Origin: an uncultured delta proteobacterium
GTDB lineage: Bacteria > Desulfobacterota > Binatia > UBA9968
NCBI GenBank assembly: GCA_963760795.1
Contig: CAVXEP010000018.1
Coordinates: 15,241 to 79,240 of the forward strand
Direction: 5' to 3'
Length of the DNA: 64,000 nt
Shown here: positions 46,776-59,300 of the stretch, one piece after another
Position numbering within the stretch: the first letter of the stretch is position 1
How the letters are laid out: each line of letters begins with the position of its first letter
Translations under genes and position numbers: made by a program
The notes under the pieces: generated by a model
Told to the model about the DNA's origin: nothing
The model's database searches: none
Seen by the model: the letters and a program-made list of their open reading frames with translations, nothing else

Positions 46776-48586
46776 CTAAATTTTCAAATCGGACAACCCG
46801 CCCGCCCGCCATCGGGCTCGCGAAATACCGCTTGCAATTTGTCGAGGTCTCGCCGCGACTCGCTTGTCGCTCCGCAGCTGCGCCACCGGCAGATCCATGA
46901 ACCTTTCCATGACCACCCGCAACGACTCCGCGTAAACCGTCCGGTCACCGATAAAATTGAATGAAGCGGCATACATCGCATGGCCCGTACCGCGAAACTC
47001 GATCAGCGCGCGCTCGCCCTTGAGACCATCGCGATAAAAATCCTCGGCTTGGCAGCCGGCGATCACTGTGTCCCGGGCGCCCTTGAGAATCAGCGTGCGG
47101 ACCTCATGGCGGATGATTCTTCGGCGTCCAAGGGCAGATCTTTTCCGCTGGAAGGCTCCGAGTTTCCTGGCTTCGCCGCGTAGCAGTTCTTTGCCGCCGC
47201 TGCCGGCGGCGAACGCCGTGACATCTTTGCCGGTGAAGCAGCCGCCGCTGTCGCGCTCGATCATGCCCGGCCGCAGTAAAGAACGGGCGACACCATCATA
47301 CAGGCCGAGCACCTGGTTGGCGCGAATCGATTCCAGTTGCCCGCCGCGTTGGCCGGTCGGCTTTGCCGGCGCGATGATCTTGCAGTACCCAGTGGCGCAT
47401 TGGGCGTTTTTTAAAAATGGCGAACTGGCCGCGCACTGGCGCGCCACCGTTGCGTTGCCGGAGGCGCTTTTCTCCTCGAGAGTTAGATAGTGGCCGATCA
47501 CCAACGCCGCATCGATTTGCCAGGCGAAGTCACCGGCGTAAGGCTTGACGCCGGATTCCGGCGCGCCGGTAAACTGCAGCGTTTTAATTGCCGTATAAAA
47601 TTCCCGCGGGAAGTGCGGACGCGATACGGGCATCAGCCGACTTGAGCAAGTCGTCATAATGATCGGTGACGAAATCCACCGAGCCGAACTGTTCCTCGAT
47701 TTCACTCAGGAGCTTTGCCATCCTATCGCTGAGCAAATTGGCTTGTTCGACATCGATAAAACAAAAATTATAGCTGCTGCGAGCGTCCACTAGGGCGCTC
47801 ACCTCGCCGAGCTTTTCCGTGGCTGTGCCCAAAAACGTTTGCACCGGCACCGGGAGCTTTCGATCGCGGCAGTCACAAGGCTGCCCGGCCGGCGAACGGT
47901 AAGTCGTCAAGATCAATTTCAAGTTTGCCGCGGTCATGTGGGCGCGGGCGGCATGGGTGTCGCGATCTCGCACCACCGGCGCGGACAAGATCAGCGTCTT
48001 GACTTTTTTGGAGCCGAATCTAGCCGCGTACAATTGCGCCGGCAGCGCGCCCCAACTATGCGAGTAGATCGCGTCCCAGGGTTTGCGGTTGAGCACCGCC
48101 TTGCGGATTTTTTCGATGTCGTCGGCGACGTATTCGGCCGCGCAGGAAACGGTCGAACTTGTTGCTCGCCGGGATCACGCTGCGGCCGCCGCCGCGCAGG
48201 TCGAAATAAACTACATTATGATGCGCCTCCAGATGGCCAAGCATACGACCCATCTGGTTGACGTTGTCGACCAGCGCGCCGGGCCCGCCGGCAATGAATA
48301 AAATATTCTTGCGCTCGGGACGGGCGAGGTTAAACCCCTTGCCGAAAAAATAATACAAGTCGAACTTACAAGGATCGTCGTGACAATCGATCTCCTTGGG
48401 CATCGCCATGTCGTCGGGCAAGAGCCGGACATCGGCGATTTTGCGCATTAGTTGGCCGCTGCGGCTGGCGGGCCGGGTACTCATCTCCGCCGGTGTCCAA
48501 TGATAATTCTCGCCGCTCTCGCCGGCGTAGGCGGAACCCGCGACAAGTAAAACTGCGATGACACTCAAAGCAAACCGTCGCTGCAT
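46776..48586 (-). pseudogene. Signal-peptide alpha/beta hydrolase (proline-iminopeptidase-like core with large insertion), two frame breaks
   Basis: GGAGGAGG RBS plus ATG 48586 (MQRRFALSVIAVLLVAGSAYA). ILFIAGGPG, VVYFDLRGGGRS. Break about 48135 leads into AEYVADDIEKIRK...YSHSWGA (nucleophile). Break about 47640 leads into ...ILKGARDTVIAG...FRGTGHAMY. Confidence 0.6.
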
Positions 48587-48600
48587 TGCATCCTCCTCCA

Positions 48601-51600
48601 TTATGAGCCGTCAGACACCATGTGAAAATTCGCTATATCGCCCTCAGGCCGCGCCACCGCGGCGCCGAGCATCGCCATGAATCCATCGAGCAACTGTTGG
48701 GCGTGGCACTCATCGAACATAGCTGCAGCGGTAGGTGACAGTTACCGTCAACTTAGTTGCCAGCTCGCGGAACTCGAAACTCAGCTCTGCCGGCGTAAGC
48801 GCCACCTCCGGGTCCGCCGCCCGATCCCCGCCATTGGACCAATGCGCAAATCTGACACCAGCGGCTTCCTCGGATTCGTCAACCATGCGCCGATAGTTGA
48901 CCATGACCTGATAAAGGGAGATCGGCTCACCGCCCTCGCCCTGCAAACTACGGCTGAGTTCGGCGATGGGCAGATCTTGATGAGCAAAGGCTTCCTGCGC
49001 TACGGATCGGGTCTGTTGCAAAAGATCGTCGAACGACATCCGCGGCGCTACGCGGGTTCGCAACACCACTGCATTGACGAAGTAGCCGATCAGATTTTCG
49101 CGTATGCGGCTGTTGGCGATTTGCCACTAAAGTGCCGATGCAAAGATCGCGGCACCCGGTCAAACGGTAGAGCCACAAGTTTAACGCCGCCACCAGCACG
49201 ACAAACGGCGTGGTTTTCCGCGCGCGCGCCAATTCGTGAATTGCCGCGCTGACCGCCGCTTTCATATCCATCGACAGCCGTCCGCTCCGCAGTGTCAATT
49301 TTTTTCGCCGTTTGCCGACCGCAGGAAACTCGATCGTTGGCAACGGACCGGCCAACCGCTTCTGCCAAAAGTTGAGTTGATCGTCGAATCCGCCGGTATC
49401 CAACATGCGCCGCTGCCATCGACTGAAATCGACGAATTGGTACGGCAACGCCGCGACCGCCGCGGGCTCGCCTTGAGCAAAGGCTTTGTAAAACGCCACA
49501 AGCTCGCGGCGAAACAGCCGCATCGACCATTGATCGGCGATCATATGATGCATTGTCACCAGAAAAATATGTTCCGCCGCGGCCAACCGCACCAAAGTGA
49601 CCCGGAACGGCGGCCCCTTGTCCAAGTCAAAAATCTCCTGGGCATCCTCGTGGGAGATCCGCTGCAAGTTCGCTGCTGCGCTTTGGCTCTGGCTTCGCCG
49701 CCAAATCGAATCGCCTAAGCGGTACGCGCATTCGGCGCCGGACGACTTGGACGAGCTGGCCATGGCGCTCGTTTGAAGACCGTGCGCAACACCGCATGGC
49801 GCGCCATGATCTTTTCAATGGCACGCCGCAGCGCCGCCTGGTTCAACCGGCCGCTCAGTCGGTACCCGTACGGGAGGTTCAGAAAATCCGCCCCCGACAA
49901 CAGGTCATCCATGCGCCAGAAAAGGTCCTGAGCCGATGACACCGGTAACGCACCGCCTTGTATGGCTCGACGGCAGGATTGGCGGCAGCGCCGCGCGCTC
50001 GCCTTTTTCGATCCGAGCAGCGACGCCGGCAACCGTCGGCGCATCGAAAAACTCGCGCACGGAGAACTCGGCGCCAAATGCCGCGCGCAGCCGCGCGACT
50101 ATCTGCATCGCCAATATCGAATGGCCACCGAGCTCGAAGAAGTCATCGTCGACGCCGATCCAGTCTAAACCCAGCCCTTCGCGCCAGATCGCGGCAACTT
50201 TCTCTTCGGTTTCGTTGCGCGGACCCACCAGCTTCGATTCAGCCGCGCGCTGGTGCGCCTGTGAGCTCCGGCAGCGCGCGTCGATCGATTTTGCCGTTGG
50301 GCAGAAGCGGTATGCGCTCCAACCGAACAAACCCCGCCGGTACCATGTAAGCCGGCAGCATTTGCTGGAGATATTCGCGCAGCTCACGGTCGGTCGGCGG
50401 CATCTGAGGAAACAATGTACGCCACCAACGACTGTCGCCAATTTTGCATTGGTCGCATCGCACCGCTGGCATCGGTCTGCAGCGGTCACAACACAGTCGT
50501 CGATCCTTGGATGACTGCGCAGCGCCGCTTCGATCTCGCCCGGTTCAACCCGCTGGCCGGCGAATTTGATTTGATTATCCGCGCGGCCGAGATATTCGAG
50601 ATTGCCATCGGCGCGGTAACGCGCCAAGTCGCCGGTGCGAAACAGCCGGGAGCCCGGATCGGCGCTGAACGGATTGACGACGAATTTTTCCGCGGTCAGT
50701 TCCGGCCGGCGCCAATAGCCCCGCGCCAAGCCGTCGCCGCCGACATACAGTTCGCCGATGACGCCGACTGGCACGGGCTGGCGCTGCGCGTCCAGAAGAT
50801 AACACCGTGGTGTTCGAAATCGGCCGGCCGATGGCCACCGTCTTCCCCGAAGTCCGGCCGTCATATTCAAAACAGCTTGCGTCGGCGGCGACTTCCGCCG
50901 AACCGTAGAGATTGAGCAACACCGCCTTGGGATGACTCTTGCGAAACCGCTCTGCGAGTTCAGTGCTCAGCGCCTCGCCGCTGCTGGTCCAGAGCTTTAG
51001 CCGCGGCAATTTAACCGTCAGATTGACGCCATCGTCGAGAAAGGCTTTTAGCAGCGACGGCACCAAGACAACACGGCTCACCCGCCGATGGGCGAGAAAC
51101 TCGATCAGCAAATGGGGATCATGGGCGGTGTCATCGTCAGCGATGGTCAGAGGAACGCCTTGCAGCAGCGGTCCGAATATTTCCCACACCGAATCGACGA
51201 AACTCAATGACGTCTTGCTGCAACAGACCTCGCCAGGACGAAACGGATAGCGCCGCCACATCCAGTCACAACGATTGACCACGCCGCGATGAAGCCCGAC
51301 CACGCCTTTAGGCAAACCGGTGGAACCTGAAGTGTAGATGAGATAAGCGGCGCTTGCCGCCCTGGACAGTACTGTGGGATTCTCATGACTCTGGCCGGCG
51401 AATAGATCGGCATCGTCGAGACAAACCAGCGAAACATTCGCCTGGGAAATTGTGCCGGCGAGCTCTCGCTGGGTGAGCAAAAGGTCGATTTCAGCGTCAG
51501 CGACCATGAATTCCAAGCGCGCGTGCGGATAACTTGGATCGAGTGGCACATAAGCAGCGCCGGCTTTGAGAATCCCGAGCATGCCCACGACCATCTCAAG

Positions 51601-53342
51601 CGACCGCGCGACCAGCAGCCCGACGGGCTTGTCGGCGCCAACGCCACGACCACGTAAAAAATGCGCCACGCGATTGGCATGCCGGTTGAGTTCGGCGAAG
51701 GTCAACGTTGACGATTGGAACTCTAGGGCAACGGCGTCGGGCGTGCGCGCGACTTGGGCCTCGAAGAGCTCGTGAATGCAGCTCTGGCTCGGATAAGCTG
51801 CCGCGCTGTCGTTCCATTCGACTAAGCATACGCCGCCGCTCGTTGGCACCGAGCAATTCTAACGCGCCGATAGCGCGATCGGGATTAGTGACAATATCAT
51901 CGAGCAGCGGCGAAAAATGTCCCGCCATGCGCTCGATGGTCGCGGCGTCGAACAAATCGCTAGGCGTACTCGAAATAACCGAGCAACCGGCCGCCGCGCT
52001 CGCGCAAATAAAGCGAGAGATCGTACTGCGCCGTAGCGTTCTCCACTTCCACCGGGTCGATATCTAATCCTTCCGGCACCGCCCAACGGTTCGGCGTGTT
52101 CTGCAAAACAAAGAAAGCTTGAAACAACGGCTGGCGATTGAGCTCCCGGCGCGGCTTGAGTTCCTCGACCAGTTTCTCGAACGGGATAGCCTGGTGCGCG
52201 TAAGCATCGAGACAAACTTCGCGCACCCGCCGCAAATAGTCGCGAAAGCTTGGCTGGCCGCTCAGATCGCCGCGCAGAATCAAAGTGTTGACGAAGAAGC
52301 CGATCAGCCCTTCGCATTCGGCGTGAGGACGATGGGTCACCGCGGAACCCACGGCGATATCGTCCTGGCCCGAGTAACGATGCAGCAAGAGCTGAAACGC
52401 CGCCAACAGCACCATGAACTGCGTCGCTTTCTCCTGCGCAGCCAGGCGATTGAGCGACGCCGTTAACGATGGTGAAAAATTTATCGGGTAGCGTCCACCG
52501 CGAAAACTTTGCCGCACCGGCCGGGGCCGGTCGGTGGGCAGATCGAGGGCTGCCACGCCATCCAGCTGTTTACGCCAGTACAGAAGTTGCTCCTGAAGCG
52601 GCGCCGTCTCCAAACGGCGGCGCTGCCAAATGGCAAAGTCACCATATTGAATCGGCAATTCGGCCAAGGGGGATACTTGTCCAGCGGCGAAGGCCACGTA
52701 AAGTTGCCAAAGTTCGCCGACGAGAATTCCCATGGACCAGGCATCGGCGACCAAATGATGGGTAGTTAGAAGCAAAATATGCTCAGCATCGTCGACTTGC
52801 AGTAAGCGCGCGCGCAGCAGTCGCCCCGCCGCCAGATCGAAGTAAGTTTCCGCTTCCAGCTTAATGCGCCGGCGCAGTTCGTTGTCACGTCGGGCGCCGG
52901 AAAGCCGACGCAGATCTGTTACCCGCAGCAACCTTGTGGCGTCGGCAACCGGAACTTGCATCGGTATGCCGTCGATCGTGCAAAACCTCGACCGGAGCAC
53001 CTCATGGCGCCGGACAATCTCGTTGAGACTCGCGGCGAGAGTCTGGCGATGGAGCGGACCGCGTAGGCGGAACCCGCGGCATAAGTTGTAAACCGACCTT
53101 TCCGGCTCCAGTTGCGTCAAGAACCACAGACGTTCTTGGGCCAACGACAAAGGTGCCTCTACGGCTGTCCTGCGGCGCGGAACGGACGGCGCAACGCTTA
53201 AAGCACCGGCGCGAAGCCTCGTTAGCAGCTCGGCTTTTCGCGCGGCGATGGCTGCGCGCAGCTCATCATGCAGCGCGCCCTTGGGTGCGTTGATGCGCAG
53301 CTTATCGCCATCGGCGGATATCGCGATATCGAGCGCACGCAA
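48601..53342 (-). pseudogene. NRPS gene C: docking domain-C-A-T-C (module 4 plus terminal condensation domain), many frame breaks as assembled
   Basis: TubC-type docking sequence (FIAQLRALDIAISADGDKLRINAPKGALHDELRAAIAARKAELL). C: LSLAQERLWFL, HHLVAD 52743-52760. A: [63 protein letters not shown]: FFELGGHS (Ser 50118-50120). Terminal C: HHMIAD 49533-49550, ending ...FDECHAQQLLDGF...HMVSDGS* at 48601. The fragments are ORFs 51960..53342, 51596..51955, 50575..51849, 49905..50870, 50239..50472, 49715..50077, 48948..49763 and 48710..49069. Confidence 0.8.
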
Positions 53343-53365
53343 CTGCGCGATGAAGTCCTCGGTAT

Positions 53366-56300
53366 CTATATCTCGATCTCCTCGCGCTCGCCGCCGCCAA
53401 CCGCCACCGGCTCCACGTTCAAATTCAACGATGTCAGCGAGCGCGCCAACGCCGCCACCGTCGGCGCCGCGAGAAAGGCGCGTAACTCGATACCGACGCC
53501 GAAGTCATTTTTAATCCGCACCGCGGCTTGCGCGGCGAGCAAAGAATGGCCGCCGAGGCGAAAGAAATTATCCTCGACGCCGATCCGCTCTCGGCCCAAT
53601 ACCTCGGTAAATATCTCGCACAGCTTGGCTTCGACCTCAGAACGCGGCGCGATGGCCGCAGCGCTCGACTGGGCGCGCGATTCCAGCACCGGCGGCAACG
53701 CGTCGTAGTCGAGCTTGCCATTGGGCCCCAGCGGCAGCCGGTCTAGCAGGACGAAATAACCCGGCACCATGTAGTCCGGCAGCTTGGCGGCAAGATAGGA
53801 ACGTAAAACGTCGATCTCGCTTTCCCCTGCTTCGCTGGCGACGACGCAAGCAACTAACCGTTTATCGAATTTTGGATTTTGGATTTGGGATTTTGGATTG
53901 TCGGATTCAGGAGTTGGGAAGTCTCTTGCGATCACCACTGCGTCGAGCACCGTCGAATGTTGTTTGAGCGCCGTTTCGATTTCCGCCAGCTCGACGCGGA
54001 AGCCACGGATGTTGACGCGCCGGTCGGATCGGCCGGCCCACTCGACATTGCCGTCGGGCCGATAGCGGGCGAGTTCGCCGGTACGATAGAGCCGGTCACG
54101 TCCGTCCCCGATGAATGGACTTGCGATAAACATCGCGGCGCTGCGCTCGTCGTCGTCCAGATAGCCCAAGGCCAAATGCGGGCTGCGCACATAGAGTTCG
54201 CCCAACTCACCGATGCCGCAAAGTCGCCGGCGCTTGTTTAGAACCAGTAACTGCACGTCCTTGATACCGCGCCCCAACGGCAGCGGCCGCGATGACTGGT
54301 CAGCGGCGTCGAGGGTCTCGCCGCCAATCTCATAGTAGCCGACGGCGCGCTGGGTCTCGGTGGCGCCGTAAAAACTGCCGATCACCGCCTTTGGCGCCAA
54401 TCGGTGCATGCGCCGCACGTCGTCGCTGGTCAAGACATCGCCGCCGAAAAAGATCCGGCGCAGCGCCGGCAACGGCCGCTCACCGCCGGCTAAAAGCAAC
54501 TGGCCCAGCGCCGGCGTGAGATGCAAAACCGTGATGCGATTTTCGTCCAACCATTTTGCCAGTAAGTCCGGCGCCCGGGCGGTGCGATCGTCGGGAATGT
54601 AAAGCGTCGCGCCGAGCGCCAGCGCGGTAAATAGGTCGCGATGCAGATGACTGTAGGCCAGGCCGGAGAGCATGGCGAAGCGATCGCTCTCACGCAACTC
54701 GAAGGCGTCCGCGCTGCCAGGGCAGAAAATGCGTCATCGGCCCATGACCGCAGAGAACGGCTTTGGGTTCTCCGCTGGAGCCGGATGTAAAGGCGATATA
54801 GGCTGGATCGCTGCGCCGCTACCGGCACCGAGACACGGGCCGTTCTCGCTATGCGCCAGTGCTGCGATAATCGCTGCTTTGCCGCGCGCTAGAGTCATGT
54901 GAAATTTGACGTCCAATGCCTTCAGACAGCCGGCCAATTCCGCCGCGAGTTCGGCCGTGCCATCGAGTTTGATCCAAGCCCTAGGCCGAGCAATTCTCAG
55001 GTAATCCAGTGAGCGTGCCGCCGGGTACGCCGGATCGAGAATCAAAAAGCTTGCGCCGGTTTGAAGAATTCCCAACAGGGCAACGACTAACGACGCATCG
55101 CGCGCAGCGTAGATCGCCACCACGTCCTTGGGTTTCACGCCGCCGGCACGGAGCGCGCTGCTAAGCCGCGCGGCGGCCTGATCAAGCTCGGCGTAGCTCC
55201 AACTCTCACCGCCCTGAACTAGCGCAGTTTTTGCCGGCGCATGGCGCGTTTGCTCGGCGACCAGTTCATGAATCGCCCCCTCCCAGCGGTCATCGAGCAC
55301 CGCCGTCGGATCGGGCAGCAACCCCTGCGCCGTTTCGCCAACTAGTGAAAGCTCCTCAATCGCCAGCTCAGGACAGCGCAGCGCTTGCGCGAGGATCAGT
55401 TCGAATTGTTCGAGCACGGCAGCGATTCGCTCCGGGCGGTAAAGTTCGACATTGTAATCCACCGTGAGTTCCACGCTGCCAGCGATTTCCGGCGCCGACA
55501 GCACCAAATCGAATTTGGCGCCGGGGGCGCTTGCCATTATCTTGTCGATCTTGCAGCCAGACAGCGAAAACCTGCGCTCCGACAGGTCGGCGACATTGAA
55601 GAGAATATCGAACAGCGGATTGCGGCTGGGTGCGCGCGCCGGATTGACCTCTTCGACCAATTTTTCAAACGGCAACTCTTGATTGCTGTACGCGTCCAAG
55701 CAAACTTCGCGAACTCGGCGCAGCAGGCCAACGAAACTCGGATTGTCGCCAAGTTGAAGCCGAAGCGGCAGGACGTTGATAAAGAAGCCTATGACGCCTT
55801 CCATCGCCGCATGATTGCGCCCGCCAACCGTGGAGCCGATGACGACATCGGTCTGGCCGCCGATCCGCGACAGCAACACGCTGAACGCCGCAAGCAAAGT
55901 CATGAACGATGTCACGCCCTGTTGACGAGTGAAACGGTTCAGCGCCGCACTGAGTTCCACAGGCAGGCGCCGTACCAATCTGGCGCCGCGGTAGCTGCGC
56001 GCCGCCGGACGAGGAAAATCCGTCGGCATCGATACTGGCGTCGGCAAACCGGCGAGATTACGCTTCCAGTAATCCAGCTCGGCAGCACAGGCCGGTGAGG
56101 CTAGCCACTGCTGCTGCCAAGCAGCGTAATCGGCAAATCGAAGCGGCAATGGTGCGGCTAACGCGACTTCCGTACGGCGATAAGACTCATAGCTCAATGA
56201 AAGTTCGCGAAAAAAGATCGCCAGAGAGGAACCATCGGCGATGATATGATGAAAGTTCAAGATCAGCAGATGATCCTGCTCCGCCAGTTTGACCAAGTGA

Positions 56301-59300
56301 GCACGCCACAGCGGCGCCTGTGCCAAATCATAGGGCGTGCGAGCAACCAGGTCCGCCAGCCGACGCCATTCCGATTCCGCTTGGTCCTTGCGGCAAACCG
56401 GACAAATCGGTGATCGGCAGCGCAATCGTTATCTCCGCGACAATTTCCTGGCAGGGTTCGCCGTCAACTTCTTTAATGGCGGTGCGCAGCGCCTCGTGGC
56501 GCGCAGTGACCAGATTCAACCCCTGCGCCAATGCTGCAACGTCGAGATCGCCGTCGATGCGAAATACCGCCGGTATATGGTAAGCAGCGAGATCGCCGTC
56601 AAGTTTTTGCAAGAACCACAAACGGCGCTGGGAAAATGACAGCGGCAAATTGCCGCCACGCGCGATTCGCGCCATCGGCACCACGCCCGTCCCTCTCTGA
56701 TTACGGCGCAATATGGCAATTTCATCGGCGAGCCCGGCGACGGTGGGCCGTTCAAAGATTTTCCGCAGCGCCAGATCGACGTTAAAATGGCCGCGCAGGC
56801 GCGCCACCACGCGGGTCGCGAGCAGCGAGTGGCCGCCCAGCTGGAAAAAGTTTTCATTGCACGCCGAGCCGGTCGCCGTTTCAACACTTCGCGCCAAACC
56901 TGCGCCACCAGCTCTTCGATCTCGTCGCGCGGCTCGATAAATTCACTGGGCAGCGCTGGTTCGCGGTCCATCCGGAGCAGGCAATGCCCGGCGGTCGACT
57001 TTACCGTTGGGCGTCAGCGGCAAGGCTGGCAAAGACATGAAAACAGCCGGCACCATGCAGCTGGGCAACTTAGCGCTCAGGTAGCCACGCAAATCATTTT
57101 CCGCCAACGTCACGCCGTCTCGGGGCACCAAGTAGGCGACCAACTCACTCTCGCCCTCGCCGCCGGTGGCCCCGGCGACGACCGCCGCATCCCGCACCGC
57201 TGGATGCAGTCGGAGAACGCTCTCAATCTCGCCCAATTCGATGCGGTAACCGCGCAGCTTCACCTGGTTATCGGATGCGGCCGAGGTACTCCACGGTGCC
57301 GTCGGCCTGATACCGAGCCAGGTCTCCAGTGCGGTAAATCCGTGCACCGGGTTCACGGCTAAAGGGATTCGCGATAAAGCGCTCCGCGGTCAAGTCCGGC
57401 CGATTCAAATAGCCGCGCGCCACGCCGGCGCCGCCGATGTAAAGCTCGCCGACCACGCCGATCGGCACCGGCTGCATTACGCCGTCTAGAATATAGAGCT
57501 GGGTATTCGCCAGGGGCCGGCCGATGGGAACGGTAGCGCCAACACCCTCGACGCGATGCATCGTCGACCAGATGGTGCTCTCGGTGGGGCCATAGAGATT
57601 CCACAACTCGCCGCAGCCACGTAAGCGATCGGCCAGAGTCGCGCGGGCAGCGCTTCGCCGCCGCAGAGAATTTTAAATTCGGCCATCGCCCTGCCAGCCG
57701 GCTTCGAGCAGCAGACGCCAGGTCGACGGCGTCGCCTGCATCGTCGTCGCGCCGGAACTCTTCAACCGTTGCGCCAAACGCTCGCCATCGCGCGCCTCGT
57801 CACGGCTGGCGACCACTAATTTGCCGCCCGTGATCAACGGCAACAAGATTTCCGCCGCGGCGATATCGAAAGAAATCGTCGTCACCGCCAGCCAGACATC
57901 GGCTTTGGCTGATTTTCAAATGGCGCTGCATTGAGAGCAGGCAATTGACCAACGAGCGCTGTTCGATCTCGACGCCTTTAGGATGGCCGGTCGACCCCGA
58001 AGTGTAAATTACGTAGGCGAGATCGCGCGGTGAAGACCCGCGCTTAATATTCTCGCTGCTATGGGTTTCGATATTTCGTCGCTCACGATCTAATAAGATG
58101 ACGATGGGGTCGAGAATGGAGGATTGAGGATCGAGGATCGCTATCATCCATTTTCCATCCTCGATCGTCGGCGATACTCTTCTGGCTAATCAGCACCGAC
58201 ACCTGCGCGTCGTCTAAAATAAATTCCAGCCGTTCTCTCGGATATTCCGGGTCGAGCGGCAAATAGGCCGCGCCGGCTTTGAGCACGGCGAGCAGTGCAA
58301 CGACCATGTCGACCGAGCGCTCCAGGCATAGGGCGACGACGCAGTTTCGCCCGACGCCAAGTTTTGTTAAATAGCGCGCCAAGCGGTTGGCGCGGCGATT
58401 CAGTCGGCCGTAGGTCAAACGCTCCGGGCCGCACTCAAGCGCCAGCGCGCTCGGCGTGCGCTGCGCTTGGCGTTCGAACAATTGATGCACACAAGCCTTC
58501 GGTACAACCGCGCGCGTTCGGTTCCACTCGATCAACAAACGGCGGCGCTCCTTTTCGCCCATCATCGGCAGTCGGGCAATCGACCGATCTGGCTCGGCGA
58601 CGATCGCGTTCAGCAGCGTGAGGAAATGTTGCAGCATGCGCGCGATGGTGTCGTCGGCGAATAGTGACCTGCGATATTCAACAAAGCCGCTGAGCCGGCC
58701 GTCGCGTTCGCCCAACGCCAGACTGAGATCGTATTTGGCCCCGCCGCTGTCGCAGTCGATGGCCTCGCTGCGAATGCCGTGCAGGCTCAATTCGGCGGGC
58801 AACTGGTTTTGAAACGTGAACAGCGTCTGGAAAATCGGCGTGCGGCTGGGATCGCGCGATTGCTTCAACTCATCGACCAGCCGCTCGAACGGCAGCTCCT
58901 GATGCGCCAGCGCCTCTTGCAAGTTAGTCGCGCAGCCTTGCCAGCAGTTGGGTAAATGTCGGATCGCCGGCGAGATCGCTGCGCAGCGCCAGGGTATTGA
59001 CGAACGAGCCGATGAGATTCTCCAGCGCTGGATGGTCGCGATTGGCCACCGGGAAACCGACAACGAGATCGTCCTGCCGCGTGTAGCGCCAGAGCAGGAC
59101 GTTGAACGCCGCCATCAAGGTGACGAACAGCGTGTTCGACGCCCTGGCGCTCAGTTCTTTGAGCCCGGCGGTGAGCGCTTTGTCGAGTATGATTTTCTGC
59201 CGCGCGCCTTTTAAGCTCGCGGCTGCCGCCCGCGGCTTATCCGCCGGCAGATCGAGAACCGGCAACACGCCGCCCAACTGTTTTTTCCAATAGGCCAGTG

